Notes under the pieces: model-generated
What the model saw: only the letters and a program-made list of their open reading frames with translations
What the model was told of the DNA's origin: nothing
The model's database searches: none
Assembly (NCBI GenBank): GCA_021818685.1
Contig: JAKATP010000001.1
Location: forward strand, 17,997-81,996
Direction of reading: 5' to 3'
Length of the DNA: 64,000 bases
DNA from: Bacillota bacterium
Lineage (GTDB): Bacteria; Bacillota; Sulfobacillia; Sulfobacillales; JAIMBI01
Part shown: piece by piece, positions 8,714 to 17,351 of the stretch
Layout of the letters: each line of letters opens with the position of its first letter
How positions within the stretch are numbered: position 1 is the first letter of the stretch
Made by a program: the position numbers and the translations under genes

Positions 8714-10000
8714 ATGCCAGCGTCTGCGTCCGATTCCTGGTTCTTGCGTGCCCGGGCCGTCATCCCGGGCGGGGTGAACTCGCCCTCGCGTTCCTTCCAA
8801 GGTATCGGGGGAGGAACGCCGGTGGTGATGGTGCGGGGCAGGGGAGCGTACCTCGAAGACGTGGATGGACGGCGCTACATCGACTACCAGGCGGCCTACG
8901 GCCCGCTGGTGCTGGGTCACGCGCATCCGGCGGTGACGGAGGCTATCCGCCGGCAGGCCGGGGAAGGGACGCTGACCGGTGCTCCCCACCCTCTGGAGAT
9001 TGAACTCGCGGAGCGGCTGTGCGAGACCATCGAGGGTCTCCAGCAGGTGCGGCTTGTCAGTACCGGCACCGAGGCGGTGATGTCCGCGGTGCGCATCGCC
9101 AGGGCCTATACCGGCCGGAACCGGGTGGTGAAATTTCGCGGGGCCTATCACGGCCACAGCGACGCCATGCTGGTCGATGCCGGCTCCGGGGTCGGGACGG
9201 TCGGGATGACGACGCCGGCGGGAATCCCCGCGGGTGTGGAGCAGGATGTGACCGGGCTTCCCTATAACGACCTTGCGGCCGTGACGGAATTCATGGAACA
9301 GCACGGGGATGCGGTGGCCGCGATCCTGGTGGAGCCGGTGGAAGGCAACATGGGGCTTGTGGAGCCGGAAGCGGGGTTTCTTGCGGGCCTGGCGGAACTG
9401 GCACGAGCCCACGCTGCCCTCCTGATCTTCGACGAGGTTATTACGGCCTTTCGCTTTCGTTACGGCGTCGCGGGTTTCCTGTACGGGGTGACGCCAGATC
9501 TGTACTGCCTCGGCAAGACCATCGGCGGGGGACTTCCCCAGGGTGCCTACGGTGGCCGGGCGGAGGTTATGGCGGCAGTGGCCCCGATCGGGCCTTCGTA
9601 CCAGGCGGGTACGCTCGCCGGCAATCCTCTCGCGGCCCGCGCCGGATTGGCACTTCTCGATGTGCTGCGCCAGGAAAACCCGTATCCGGAGATGGAGAGG
9701 CTCGGAAAGCTCCTACACGAGGGACTGGTGGAGCAGGCCTCCCGTCACGGCATTCCCGTGTCGCTGAATCGGCTGGGGGGGATGTTCACCCTGTTTTTTA
9801 CCGAGGGGGTGGTGCGAGACTACGACGGGGCGCTCCGTTCCGATGCGAAGCGATTTGCCCGTTTCTACCACGCGCTGCTGGCCGGTGGAGTCTATCTCGC
9901 GCCAAGCCGGCTCGAGTGCTGGTTCGTTTCGGCGGTCCACACAGAACGCGAGATTGCCCGCACGCTCGAGGTATCCGAGCAGGCTTTCGCTGCGCTCTGA
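8714..10000 (+). CDS. hemL: glutamate-1-semialdehyde 2,1-aminomutase
   Basis: 428 aa. GGVNSPSRSFQGIGG, YIDYQAAYGPLVLGHAHP and CLGKTIGGGLP (PLP lysine context) are typical of HemL. Confidence 0.92.
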   Translation: MPASASDSWFLRARAVIPGGVNSPSRSFQGIGGGTPVVMVRGRGAYLEDVDGRRYIDYQAAYGPLVLGHAHPAVTEAIRRQAGEGTLTGAPHPLEIELAERLCETIEGLQQVRLVSTGTEAVMSAVRIARAYTGRNRVVKFRGAYHGHSDAMLVDAGSGVGTVGMTTPAGIPAGVEQDVTGLPYNDLAAVTEFMEQHGDAVAAILVEPVEGNMGLVEPEAGFLAGLAELARAHAALLIFDEVITAFRFRYGVAGFLYGVTPDLYCLGKTIGGGLPQGAYGGRAEVMAAVAPIGPSYQAGTLAGNPLAARAGLALLDVLRQENPYPEMERLGKLLHEGLVEQASRHGIPVSLNRLGGMFTLFFTEGVVRDYDGALRSDAKRFARFYHALLAGGVYLAPSRLECWFVSAVHTEREIARTLEVSEQAFAAL

Positions 10001-10066
10001 GCGGTGCGGGAGAGGGGCCCGGCGCCGCCAGAACGGGCGCCGGGACAGGAGCGGAGGGATTCCGGG

Positions 10067-10903
10067 GTGGGGTGGGTGTACCGGGCGGACATAGACGGGT
10101 TCTGGGTGGAGGGACCGTGTGATCTGACGGAGATTGTGGCGCGTACCTTCTTTCCCTCCGACGCGCGGGTGCTATGGGTGGACGTTCATGGCCGCCCCTC
10201 CGAGCTTAGGTGGGAGACGCTCCGGGAACGCGCGTTGGTGGCCGCCGGCGAACGGGTTCGGCTCCCGGCAGATCCGCAGGGCGCGGGCCCCATGACGTAC
10301 GTGGTGGGGCGGCTTCGCGATCCGGACGGGTGCCCGTGGGATCGTGAACAGACTCCGCACTCGCTTGTTCGCTATCTTTTGGATGAGGCGTACGAGGCGG
10401 CGGCGGCTCTGCAGGCCGAAGACTGGGATCTCGTGCTGGACGAACTCGGAGACGTGCTGCTGCAGGTCGTCCTCCAGGCCCAGATCCAGGCAGAAGCCGG
10501 CCGCTTTGATTTTGACCGGGTGGCGGCCGCTCAGGCCCAAAAGCTCACCGGCCGCCATCCGCACGTCTTCGGTGGCACACCTGCGGCCTCCAGCGAGGAG
10601 GTGCTGGAGGCCTGGGAGAATCTGAAGGCACGAGAACCCCACCCTCGCCACGGCGACGAGCGGGTGATGCCTGCCCTGATGGCGTATAGCCGTGCTTGGA
10701 AGCGTGGCGAGGTGGCACTGGGCGCAGCCGGTGTCGCTTATCGGCAGCGCCTCGCCGAAGATGGGAAGGACCTTTCGGTCCGAGAGCGCAGGCAGCTTCT
10801 GGTCGACTGGTTGGCGGCGGGGGTTTCCGTGGCCCGAGCGTGGCATGAGGAGGCGGAGTGGGTCCTCCAATCGCACCTCGACGGGCGCCGAAAAAGGCCT
10901 TAA
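10067..10903 (+). CDS. mazG: MazG-family nucleoside triphosphate pyrophosphohydrolase (YabN-like position)
   Basis: RDPDGCPWDREQTPHSLVRYLLDEAYE...LDELGDVLLQVV...KLTGRHPHVFG. The start is taken at GTG 10067 (SD GGAGGGA 8 nt upstream); the ORF is open from 10004. An N-terminal stretch of about 85 aa has no function I can assign. Confidence 0.8.
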   Translation: MGWVYRADIDGFWVEGPCDLTEIVARTFFPSDARVLWVDVHGRPSELRWETLRERALVAAGERVRLPADPQGAGPMTYVVGRLRDPDGCPWDREQTPHSLVRYLLDEAYEAAAALQAEDWDLVLDELGDVLLQVVLQAQIQAEAGRFDFDRVAAAQAQKLTGRHPHVFGGTPAASSEEVLEAWENLKAREPHPRHGDERVMPALMAYSRAWKRGEVALGAAGVAYRQRLAEDGKDLSVRERRQLLVDWLAAGVSVARAWHEEAEWVLQSHLDGRRKRP

Positions 10904-11013
10904 AACGTTATGCCAAAAGGATTTCCGGGTATACTGGCGAATAGTGGACGGCGAGGAGCGATTCGCCAGCAGCCGGCCGTGCCATGGCAGGAGTACGAAT
11001 AAGGAGGGTTCGG

Positions 11014-11289
11014 ATGAACAAGGCGGAATTGGTCGCCGACGTCGCTGATCGCGCCGGCCTCACCAAGAAGGACGCCGAGAAAGCCGTTAACGCCGTTGTC
11101 GACACCATCGAAGGTGCCTTGACCAAGGGTGAGAAAGTTTCCCTCGTGGGTTTCGGCACATTTGAGGTGCGGACCCGCGCGGCGCGCAGCGGTCGTAATC
11201 CGAGGACCGGGGCCACCCTGCGCATCAACGCCAGCAAAGTTCCCGCATTCAAGGCCGGCAAGGCCTTGAAGGACTCCATCGGCAAGTAG
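11014..11289 (+). CDS. hup: DNA-binding protein HU
   Basis: [11 protein letters not shown]...[20 protein letters not shown]...[21 protein letters not shown] precedes ATG 11014. Confidence 0.95.
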   Translation: MNKAELVADVADRAGLTKKDAEKAVNAVVDTIEGALTKGEKVSLVGFGTFEVRTRAARSGRNPRTGATLRINASKVPAFKAGKALKDSIGK

Positions 11290-11302
11290 CAGCGGGATTG
11301 GC

Positions 11303-11332
11303 GAAGCCAGGTCGCAAGACCTGGCTTTTCGT
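11303..11332 (+). terminator. rho-independent terminator after hup
   Basis: AAGCCAGGTC (11304-11313), GCAA loop, GACCTGGCTT (11318-11327), followed by TTCGTC. Confidence 0.6.
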
Positions 11333-11341
11333 CTATGGGAG

Positions 11342-11617
11342 GTGGCCATGCGGCTTGACAAATTCTTGCAGGTAAGCCGCCTCATCAAGCGGAGGACCGT
11401 GGCCAAGGAGGTGGCGGAAGAGGGGCGTGTGCGCCTGAACGGGCGCACCGCCAGACCCGCCACCCCGGTTTTTGTAGGAGACCACCTGCGCATTGAATTG
11501 CCCCGAGGCCCGATCGAAGTGGAGGTGCTGGAGGTGCGAGAGCACGTGCCGGCCAAGCTGGCGGCGAGCCTCTACCGGCTCGTAGAAGGACGGGGGCAGG
11601 CGCTGGATGAAGACTAA
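11342..11617 (+). CDS. yabO: S4-domain RNA-binding protein (YabO/Hsp15-like)
   Basis: MRLDKFLQVSRLIKRRTVAKEVAEEGRVRLNG is an S4 fold signature. ATG 11348 is an alternative start. Confidence 0.85.
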   Translation: MAMRLDKFLQVSRLIKRRTVAKEVAEEGRVRLNGRTARPATPVFVGDHLRIELPRGPIEVEVLEVREHVPAKLAASLYRLVEGRGQALDED

Positions 11618-12404
11618 GTTTCTGGGCGCCGGGCTGTATGTAAAAGAATGCGGTGACGGGCCGCCGATCTTCTTGCTGCACGGCATCGGGGCTGACGCGG
11701 ACACGTGGACTGACCTTATGGAGCGACTTGGCGGCAGATTTCGGATGTTGGCGTGGGACGCGCCCGGCTACCACCGGAGCGAAGATCCCCTGCGGCCTCT
11801 GACGCCCCTGGAGTACGGCCGAGCAGCGGCGGCGGTGCTGGAGGCGGCGGGAGTCGCACGGGCGGTGCTGGTGGGACATTCCTTCGGGGGTCTTGTAGCC
11901 CTTGAGTGTGCGGCCGCGGCTCCCGAGAAAGTCGCGGGCCTGGTCTTGATCGACGCGTCGCTCGGGCATGCGCGAGCCACGGATGCCGTGCGCGACGCTA
12001 CGCTTGCTCGGCGGATTCACGCCATCGAGGACCTGGGCGCGGAGGAGATGGCGCGGGCGAGAACGCCAGAGCTCTTGTCAGACGAAGCGCCAGACCGTGT
12101 TCGGGACGCCGTGGAACGGATCATGCGGCGGGTGCGGGCGCCGGGCTACATCTCGGCAGCGCGGGCCATTCACGACGCCGACGAGCTCTCCCACCTGACA
12201 GGTAGCGGCGCGCCCTTGCTCATCATATGGGGCGGGGCCGATACGGTCACGCCGCTTTCGGAGTGGGACCTCATCCGATCGGTTCGACCTGATGCCGAGA
12301 CGATGCTTTTGGCAGGATCCGGCCATCTCTCGTATCTGGAGGCGCCGGAGGCGGTGGCTGTCCGCATAGGTCGTTTTGCCGCAGAGGCCCTCGAGGGCCT
12401 TTAA
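11607..12404 (+). CDS. alpha/beta-fold hydrolase
   Basis: 265 aa. PIFLLHGIGADADTW and the nucleophile elbow VGHSFGG, with a distal H in GSGHLSYLE. Confidence 0.8.
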   Translation: MKTKFLGAGLYVKECGDGPPIFLLHGIGADADTWTDLMERLGGRFRMLAWDAPGYHRSEDPLRPLTPLEYGRAAAAVLEAAGVARAVLVGHSFGGLVALECAAAAPEKVAGLVLIDASLGHARATDAVRDATLARRIHAIEDLGAEEMARARTPELLSDEAPDRVRDAVERIMRRVRAPGYISAARAIHDADELSHLTGSGAPLLIIWGGADTVTPLSEWDLIRSVRPDAETMLLAGSGHLSYLEAPEAVAVRIGRFAAEALEGL

Positions 12405-12993
12405 CCATGACGCTCGCGCCATCCCTTCCCGGGCGAAGTCGCGAGGGGATTTGAACAGTCGAGCATCCGGGGGCTTTTGGCCGGCCCGGGCGGTTTTCCC
12501 TCTGGCCGCGACCTCGCGGTTGCCGTCTTCCCCAGGGCCATCAGCGGCATCCGGACTCGTCCCGAGACCGTGCCCGCCTCGTTGTGGATGTCTGTCGGCG
12601 GGGGTCCCTGGTAGTTTTCGCCTGCGGCTAAGATCCTGCTGCAGCGATTACGGGAGGCTTGCCGACGCGGCGGCGGAGCGAGTCACCGCGATTCGGGCCA
12701 AGCTCCTGACGATCGCCGGGGTCTGGACTCCACCCGCCGCACGCGATCCCGCAGCGGACAGTGGAGCGGCAACGCCCCTCGTGCGCTGAAGGGCCGCCAG
12801 AGGGGCCCCCAAAAGCGTCCGAAGACCCAGCAGAACGCTGCGCTCCCTCTCTCATGCGAACACAACGCGCGGCGGCGTGGCGGCTCGTCGTCATCCGTCT
12901 CGTCAATGGCACCGGAAGTGAGGCGGTGCGCTTTTGCAGTGCTGGAACGCCCACGTCTGTCATAGCGTCTCGTAGACGAGAAGGCGGGAGGGG

Positions 12994-13281
12994 ATGCGGG
13001 TGCCGGACGACGACCAGCACGAAGGACACGGGCTCACGCTGGACGCCCGCCGCATGCTTAATATCGCCGGGGTGACGCACGTAGACAGCTTCACCGAGAC
13101 GCATATCCTCCTGCAGACCACCATGGGGCCCCTGCACATCCGCGGCAAGAGTCTCACCATTGAGCGTCTCGACCTTGACGCAGGACGCGTCGTCGCGCAC
13201 GGGGATATTGACAGCCTCGTTTACCAAGAGGGTGGCCGCCGCCGTACGCGCGAGAATGTCTGGAGACAGCTCTGGGGCTGA
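12994..13281 (+). CDS. yabP: sporulation protein YabP
   Basis: 95 aa. The pattern LTLDARRMLNIAGVTHVDSFTETHILLQT..GPLHIRGKSLTIERLDLDAGRVVAHGDIDSLVY matches the YabP family. SD GGGAGGGG. Confidence 0.85.
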   Translation: MRVPDDDQHEGHGLTLDARRMLNIAGVTHVDSFTETHILLQTTMGPLHIRGKSLTIERLDLDAGRVVAHGDIDSLVYQEGGRRRTRENVWRQLWG

Positions 13282-13690
13282 TGTGGGAAGCCTAGACGCT
13301 CTATGGGGATTTGCCGTAGCGATGCTGGGCGGCGTGCTCCTGGGCCTTATCGAAGCCCTGTACAGCGCGCACCTGCGTCACGTCCGCTTCCATCGGGGAT
13401 TCCATGACGCCGCCGACTTCCTGCTGTGTTTGCCGGCGGCTTTGACCGCGGCGGCCGCGCTGGCCATTGCCGACTGGGGGCAGCTTCGGGCCTGGTCGCT
13501 GTTCGGCATGGGCGTGGGCGCCGCGACCTTCTGGTTTCTCGGGCGCGAATTTTGCCTGTGGTTGTTCGGTGCGATCCTGCGCATCCTCTGTCGTATGGCG
13601 CGGACCATGACGGGGTCGTTGACGGCGGTTGCCCGTGTTGTCCGTCAATCTGCACGCAAAGGCGCCGAGCGGGTACGACGACGAGTATAA
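13256..13690 (+). CDS. yabQ: spore cortex biosynthesis membrane protein YabQ
   Basis: Hydrophobic segments with YabQ-like spacing (LWGFAVAMLGGVLLGLIEALY...FHDAADFLLCL...DWGQLRAWSLFGMGVGA), immediately after yabP. The start is ambiguous (ATG 13256 or GTG 13283). Confidence 0.65.
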   Translation: MSGDSSGADVGSLDALWGFAVAMLGGVLLGLIEALYSAHLRHVRFHRGFHDAADFLLCLPAALTAAAALAIADWGQLRAWSLFGMGVGAATFWFLGREFCLWLFGAILRILCRMARTMTGSLTAVARVVRQSARKGAERVRRRV

Positions 13691-13791
13691 TCTTCAGGAG
13701 TCCGAAAGGCGGTCTTAGGTTTTTCTTCACCCTCTGCCGCTCGAGTCTATGTAAGCTCGTGGCACTGAGGGAGAAGGGATGTGCCTGTACG

Positions 13792-15282
13792 TTGACGACG
13801 GCAAATCCGGTGACGGTTCGCCTCTCTGAGCGGACGCGGAGTTTAAGAGACATGACAGCCCTGTTGGATGTTCCCACGGGGCGCCGCGTGAGTTATGGGG
13901 GGCTCGGGGCGTTAGTGGAGACCACCGCGCTGAGTCTGGTCCAGCACGGGCTCATGCCCGGTGCCCGGGTGGTGGTGGCTCTGCCCAACGGTTTGTCGTT
14001 TGCTGTCGTATATCTCGCCATTTTGAGCCGCGGCGGTACGGCCGTCCCCGCCAATCCCAACATGCCTCCGGCCGAGCTTGTGCGCCTCATCCGTAAGGTG
14101 GACCCGGTGGCGGTGGTGGGGCGACCGGATACGGTGGCACCGGGCGTAACATTTGTGCCTACCGGCGATATGGCCTTCGGTACGCCGCATCCGGATCTGG
14201 CGCTGGGCCGCCGACGCGACCCGGGTACGGGACACGTGCTGCTGTTCACCTCTGGCACGACGGGCGAGCCGAAGCAGGCACTGTTAGACCTGCCTCGGCT
14301 TCTCTATACGGCCAATGTAGTGGCGCGGCATCACAGACTGGGACCCGGCGAGGTGGGTTTTTCGCCCCTGCCGCTGTTCCACGTCAATGCACAGGTAGTG
14401 GGCCTTCTGGCTGCCCTGGAGTCGGGTAGTGCCCTTGCCATCGATGACCGCTTTCACGCCCACGACTTTTGGGAGCGGGCGGACGCGTCGTCGGCGACCT
14501 GGGTCAACGCGGTACCCGCCATTCTTACGATCTTGGCGGACCGCACGGGGGTGGTCCCCGATCGAGTGCGGTTCGTGCGCTCGGCGTCGGCGCCGCTGCC
14601 GCGCCCGGTGCTGGACCGTTTTGAGAGCAAATTTGGCCCGCTTATCTTAGAGACGTATGGCCTGACGGAGGCGGCAAGCCAGGTGGCTGCTAACGCACTC
14701 GACCCGGTTTACCGTCGCGCGGGCTCAGTCGGGTTTCCGATGGGGGTCCGTCTGGAAGTGGTCGATGAGTCCGGGCAGACGTGTCCGGCTGGAACGGAGG
14801 GCGAAGTTCGCATCGGTGGCCCGAGCGTCCTCGACGGATACCTGGATGCCGGCACGGGTAGTGCGGCGAACCAGAGCTTCCGCGACGGTTGGTTTTACAC
14901 CGGAGACTACGGATACCGGGATGACAGCGGTTATATTTTCTTGACCGGGCGTGTGCGTGAGCTTATCAACCGTGGGGGTCAGAAAGTCGCCCCGCGCGAA
15001 GTGGAAGAGATCCTGCTCGGACATCCGGGTGTGCTGCAGGCGCTTGTGATTGGCGTGCCCGACCCCATATTGGGGGAAGTGGTTCAGGCCCACGTGGTTC
15101 CGAGGCGGAGCGGGGGAGGCAGGCTTTTGACGGAGCTCGAGACGCTCTGTGCGCAGCACCTGGGTCCCTACAAGCGTCCCACCCGCATCGTATTGGAAAA
15201 ACATCTGCCAGCGGGACCGACCGGCAAGCTCCTGCGTCACGTGCTAAAGGCGCAGGTGCTCCAAGCGGTGAGCGAGGGCTGA
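13792..15282 (+). CDS. AMP-dependent synthetase/ligase (acyl/aryl-CoA ligase family)
   Basis: LLFTSGTTGEPKQALL (A3 motif), GYRDDSGYIFLTGRVRELINRGGQKV (A8) and PTGKLLR (A10). The start is uncertain: TTG 13792, GTG 13810 or ATG 13852. The track ORF from 13426 overlaps yabQ and is over-extended. Confidence 0.85.
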   Translation: MTTANPVTVRLSERTRSLRDMTALLDVPTGRRVSYGGLGALVETTALSLVQHGLMPGARVVVALPNGLSFAVVYLAILSRGGTAVPANPNMPPAELVRLIRKVDPVAVVGRPDTVAPGVTFVPTGDMAFGTPHPDLALGRRRDPGTGHVLLFTSGTTGEPKQALLDLPRLLYTANVVARHHRLGPGEVGFSPLPLFHVNAQVVGLLAALESGSALAIDDRFHAHDFWERADASSATWVNAVPAILTILADRTGVVPDRVRFVRSASAPLPRPVLDRFESKFGPLILETYGLTEAASQVAANALDPVYRRAGSVGFPMGVRLEVVDESGQTCPAGTEGEVRIGGPSVLDGYLDAGTGSAANQSFRDGWFYTGDYGYRDDSGYIFLTGRVRELINRGGQKVAPREVEEILLGHPGVLQALVIGVPDPILGEVVQAHVVPRRSGGGRLLTELETLCAQHLGPYKRPTRIVLEKHLPAGPTGKLLRHVLKAQVLQAVSEG

Positions 15283-16505
15283 TGGCAGCGTCGCGGCCGC
15301 ATCGTTATGAGATTGACATGGTCCGGGCCCTGACGATCGTGGGCGTGATGACGGTGCACACGACCTGGTTCACGAACACATCCACGTCGTTTTGGGCCAA
15401 TATGGTCATGGACTGCCTGCACTACACGCGTGAAGTCTTCCTGTTCATGACCGCCTTCGTGCTTTTCTACAACTACTACCACCGCCCCACGAACTGGCCG
15501 CAGTTCTGGAAGAAGCGCTTCCTCCTGGTGGGGGCGCCCTACGTGATCTGGTCGGCGGCCTATCTGCTCTACGGGCAGACGTACACCCCGACGCTTGGCG
15601 GCTATCTCTCGAAGCTCGGCTTTGATCTGGTGACCGGAACGGCCTGGTTCCACCTGTACTATTTGCTCATCACCATGCAGATTTATGTCATTATGCCCGT
15701 CTTCGTCTGGCTGGTGAAGAAGACCGAGGGCTATCACCTATGGCTGATGAGTGCCGCCGTGCTGGTCGAGGCGGTGATGATGTTCGTCTTCCAGTACGAA
15801 CCCGCGTGGGTGAATGGATGGTGGGGACCCCTCGGAGCCATCATGCAGTACCGCGGCCAGGTGTTCTTCACCTACGAGGCCTACCTCATGGCGGGCGCCC
15901 TGCTGGCGGTCCACCTCGACGAGGTGCATCGCTTCTTAGTGGCGCACCAGCGGGCGCTCGTGCGGGCACTCTTGGCGAGCCTCGCCCTCATGGTGGCCGC
16001 CTTCCTATTCTCGGTCGAGGTGCAGCATCAGCCGGTGAGCTTTGGGGCGGCCGTCCTGCAGCCTTTCATGGTGCCCTACGCTCTTCTCGTCATCGCCGGG
16101 TCTTATCTTCTGGGGCACAACTGGAACCTCCGGCGAGAGCAGCATCCGCATCTGTCGGCGCTGGTGCTGCTGATTTCCGACCTGTCCTTCGGACTCTATC
16201 TTATGCACCCCATGATCTTGGAGGACTACACCCGCCGCTACGGTACCATGCTGGCCGGTCTGCCTGGCATCGTGGCGACTCCGCTCACCCTGGTGGCGGT
16301 GGCGGTCACGACCATCATCATCACCCGTCTCATCGGCATGACGCCGGCATCGCCCTGGGTGCTGGGCCGCGCGCCGGTTCCTTTCAAAAAGCGACCGGCC
16401 GCGGCGCGAATGCCGTCTGCGGTTCCGTCCGACTCCTCCTCCGCTGGCGCCAGCGCCTGGGCCCCAACCCAGGTGGGCACGAGTCAGGCAGGCAGTACCC
16501 GCTAA
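15282..16505 (+). CDS. membrane acyltransferase, acyltransferase_3 (OafA/YrhL-like) family
   Basis: 407 aa and polytopic. The N-terminus EIDMVRALTIVGVMTVHT is typical of the AT3 family, with about 10 hydrophobic spans. The start overlaps the ligase stop (TGATG). Confidence 0.75.
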   Translation: MAASRPHRYEIDMVRALTIVGVMTVHTTWFTNTSTSFWANMVMDCLHYTREVFLFMTAFVLFYNYYHRPTNWPQFWKKRFLLVGAPYVIWSAAYLLYGQTYTPTLGGYLSKLGFDLVTGTAWFHLYYLLITMQIYVIMPVFVWLVKKTEGYHLWLMSAAVLVEAVMMFVFQYEPAWVNGWWGPLGAIMQYRGQVFFTYEAYLMAGALLAVHLDEVHRFLVAHQRALVRALLASLALMVAAFLFSVEVQHQPVSFGAAVLQPFMVPYALLVIAGSYLLGHNWNLRREQHPHLSALVLLISDLSFGLYLMHPMILEDYTRRYGTMLAGLPGIVATPLTLVAVAVTTIIITRLIGMTPASPWVLGRAPVPFKKRPAAARMPSAVPSDSSSAGASAWAPTQVGTSQAGSTR

Positions 16506-16550
16506 GCGTGCTCAGGACGGTCGCGCCCAGTCCCTATCTATAACCCCTGA

Positions 16551-16576
16551 TCCGGCGCGTCCCGGTGCGCGCCGGA
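16551..16576 (+). terminator. GC hairpin after the acyltransferase gene (weak terminator candidate)
   Basis: TCCGGCGCG (16551-16559), 8-nt loop, CGCGCCGGA (16568-16576). There is no U-tract. Confidence 0.3.
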
Positions 16577-16655
16577 TCGCCCTGCCCCATCCCAAACATG
16601 CGTTCCTGATTGACATTCACTGGCCGGGGAACGTAGGATCCGCCCTGTAGCCGTA

Positions 16656-16696
16656 TGTACACATGCTGTAATGAATCTGTACACAGCTTGTACACA
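16656..16696 (+). promoter_or_regulatory. three direct TGTACACA boxes (candidate operator array)
   Basis: TGTACACA occurs at 16656-16663, 16678-16685 and 16689-16696. The start-to-start spacings are 22 and 11 bp. The core TGTACA is self-complementary. The array lies 27 nt upstream of the GerE-like gene. Confidence 0.5.
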
Positions 16697-16722
16697 TTGT
16701 GTGGATAACTGGGGGGCGCGTC

Positions 16723-16968
16723 GTGCAGATCGAGATTCGTGGTCTCGAGCGCCTCTCCCACCGAGAGCGGCAAGTGGTGGCACTCAAGGAGACCGGACTT
16801 GGCAACGATGCGGTGGCGCGACGTCTGGGTCTAAGTCCGGCCACGGTGGCGACGCTGTTCAACCGGGCGCGGAGCAAGGGATATCAAGTGGTGCTGGTCA
16901 TCAGCGGCGACCCCTTGAATGTATTTCCTGCCGACGCGAACGATGACGAGGCAACGGAGGAGTCATGA
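16723..16968 (+). CDS. small LuxR/GerE-type HTH protein
   Basis: LSHRERQVVALKETGLGNDAVARRLGLSPATVATLFNRARSK matches the LuxR/GerE region-4-like HTH pattern. GTG 16723 is taken as the start. The stop overlaps the divIC start (ATGA). Confidence 0.65.
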   Translation: MQIEIRGLERLSHRERQVVALKETGLGNDAVARRLGLSPATVATLFNRARSKGYQVVLVISGDPLNVFPADANDDEATEES

Positions 16969-17240
16969 TCGCAACAGCTCTCAGCCGCTATCGCATTCGA
17001 TGGACCCGCATCGCCTTTCTCGCGGTCGGCATCTATGTGGGCGCGGGCATCTTCACATCGGCCCATCACTGGTGGATCCTGGACCAACAGGCCCATCAGC
17101 TGTCTGCCCAGCTGGCCGCAGTCCATCACAACAACATGATCCTGGCCCATGACCTCCGCCAGCTGCACAATCCTGCCGTGCTGCGGCGCATGCTGGCCGG
17201 CGAGGCGCCATTACCCAATGCGATCTGGCCCACGCCCTAG
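16965..17240 (+). CDS. divIC: septum formation initiator (DivIC/FtsB family)
   Basis: 91 aa with a single N-terminal TM (IAFLAVGIYVGAGIF) followed by a coiled-coil-like segment (LDQQAHQLSAQLAAVHHNNMILAHDLRQL). Conserved position between yabQ and yabR. Confidence 0.7.
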   Translation: MIATALSRYRIRWTRIAFLAVGIYVGAGIFTSAHHWWILDQQAHQLSAQLAAVHHNNMILAHDLRQLHNPAVLRRMLAGEAPLPNAIWPTP

Positions 17241-17274
17241 CAGAAAGGGAATGGAATGATCTGGGAACCTGTCA

Positions 17275-17304
17275 TTGACGCTGGGGCGGGCGGCCCTCTA
17301 TAAT
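17275..17304 (+). promoter_or_regulatory. sigma-A type promoter upstream of yabR
   Basis: TTGACG (17275-17280), 18 nt spacer, TATAAT (17299-17304). Confidence 0.55.
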
Positions 17305-17351
17305 GGAGTCGCAGCAAAAGCTTATTTGACGGAGGGGCGAACCACCGGTAT

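Noticed and set aside
13779-13829. 16-codon uORF (MCLYVDDGKSGDGSPL) with a strong SD (GAGGGAGAAGGG) upstream of the acyl-AMP ligase gene.
   Set aside because: The same SD could serve the in-frame TTG 13792 of the ligase gene itself. The uORF has no recognisable leader-peptide logic (no runs of a regulatory amino acid and no downstream attenuator). It is most likely a coincidence.
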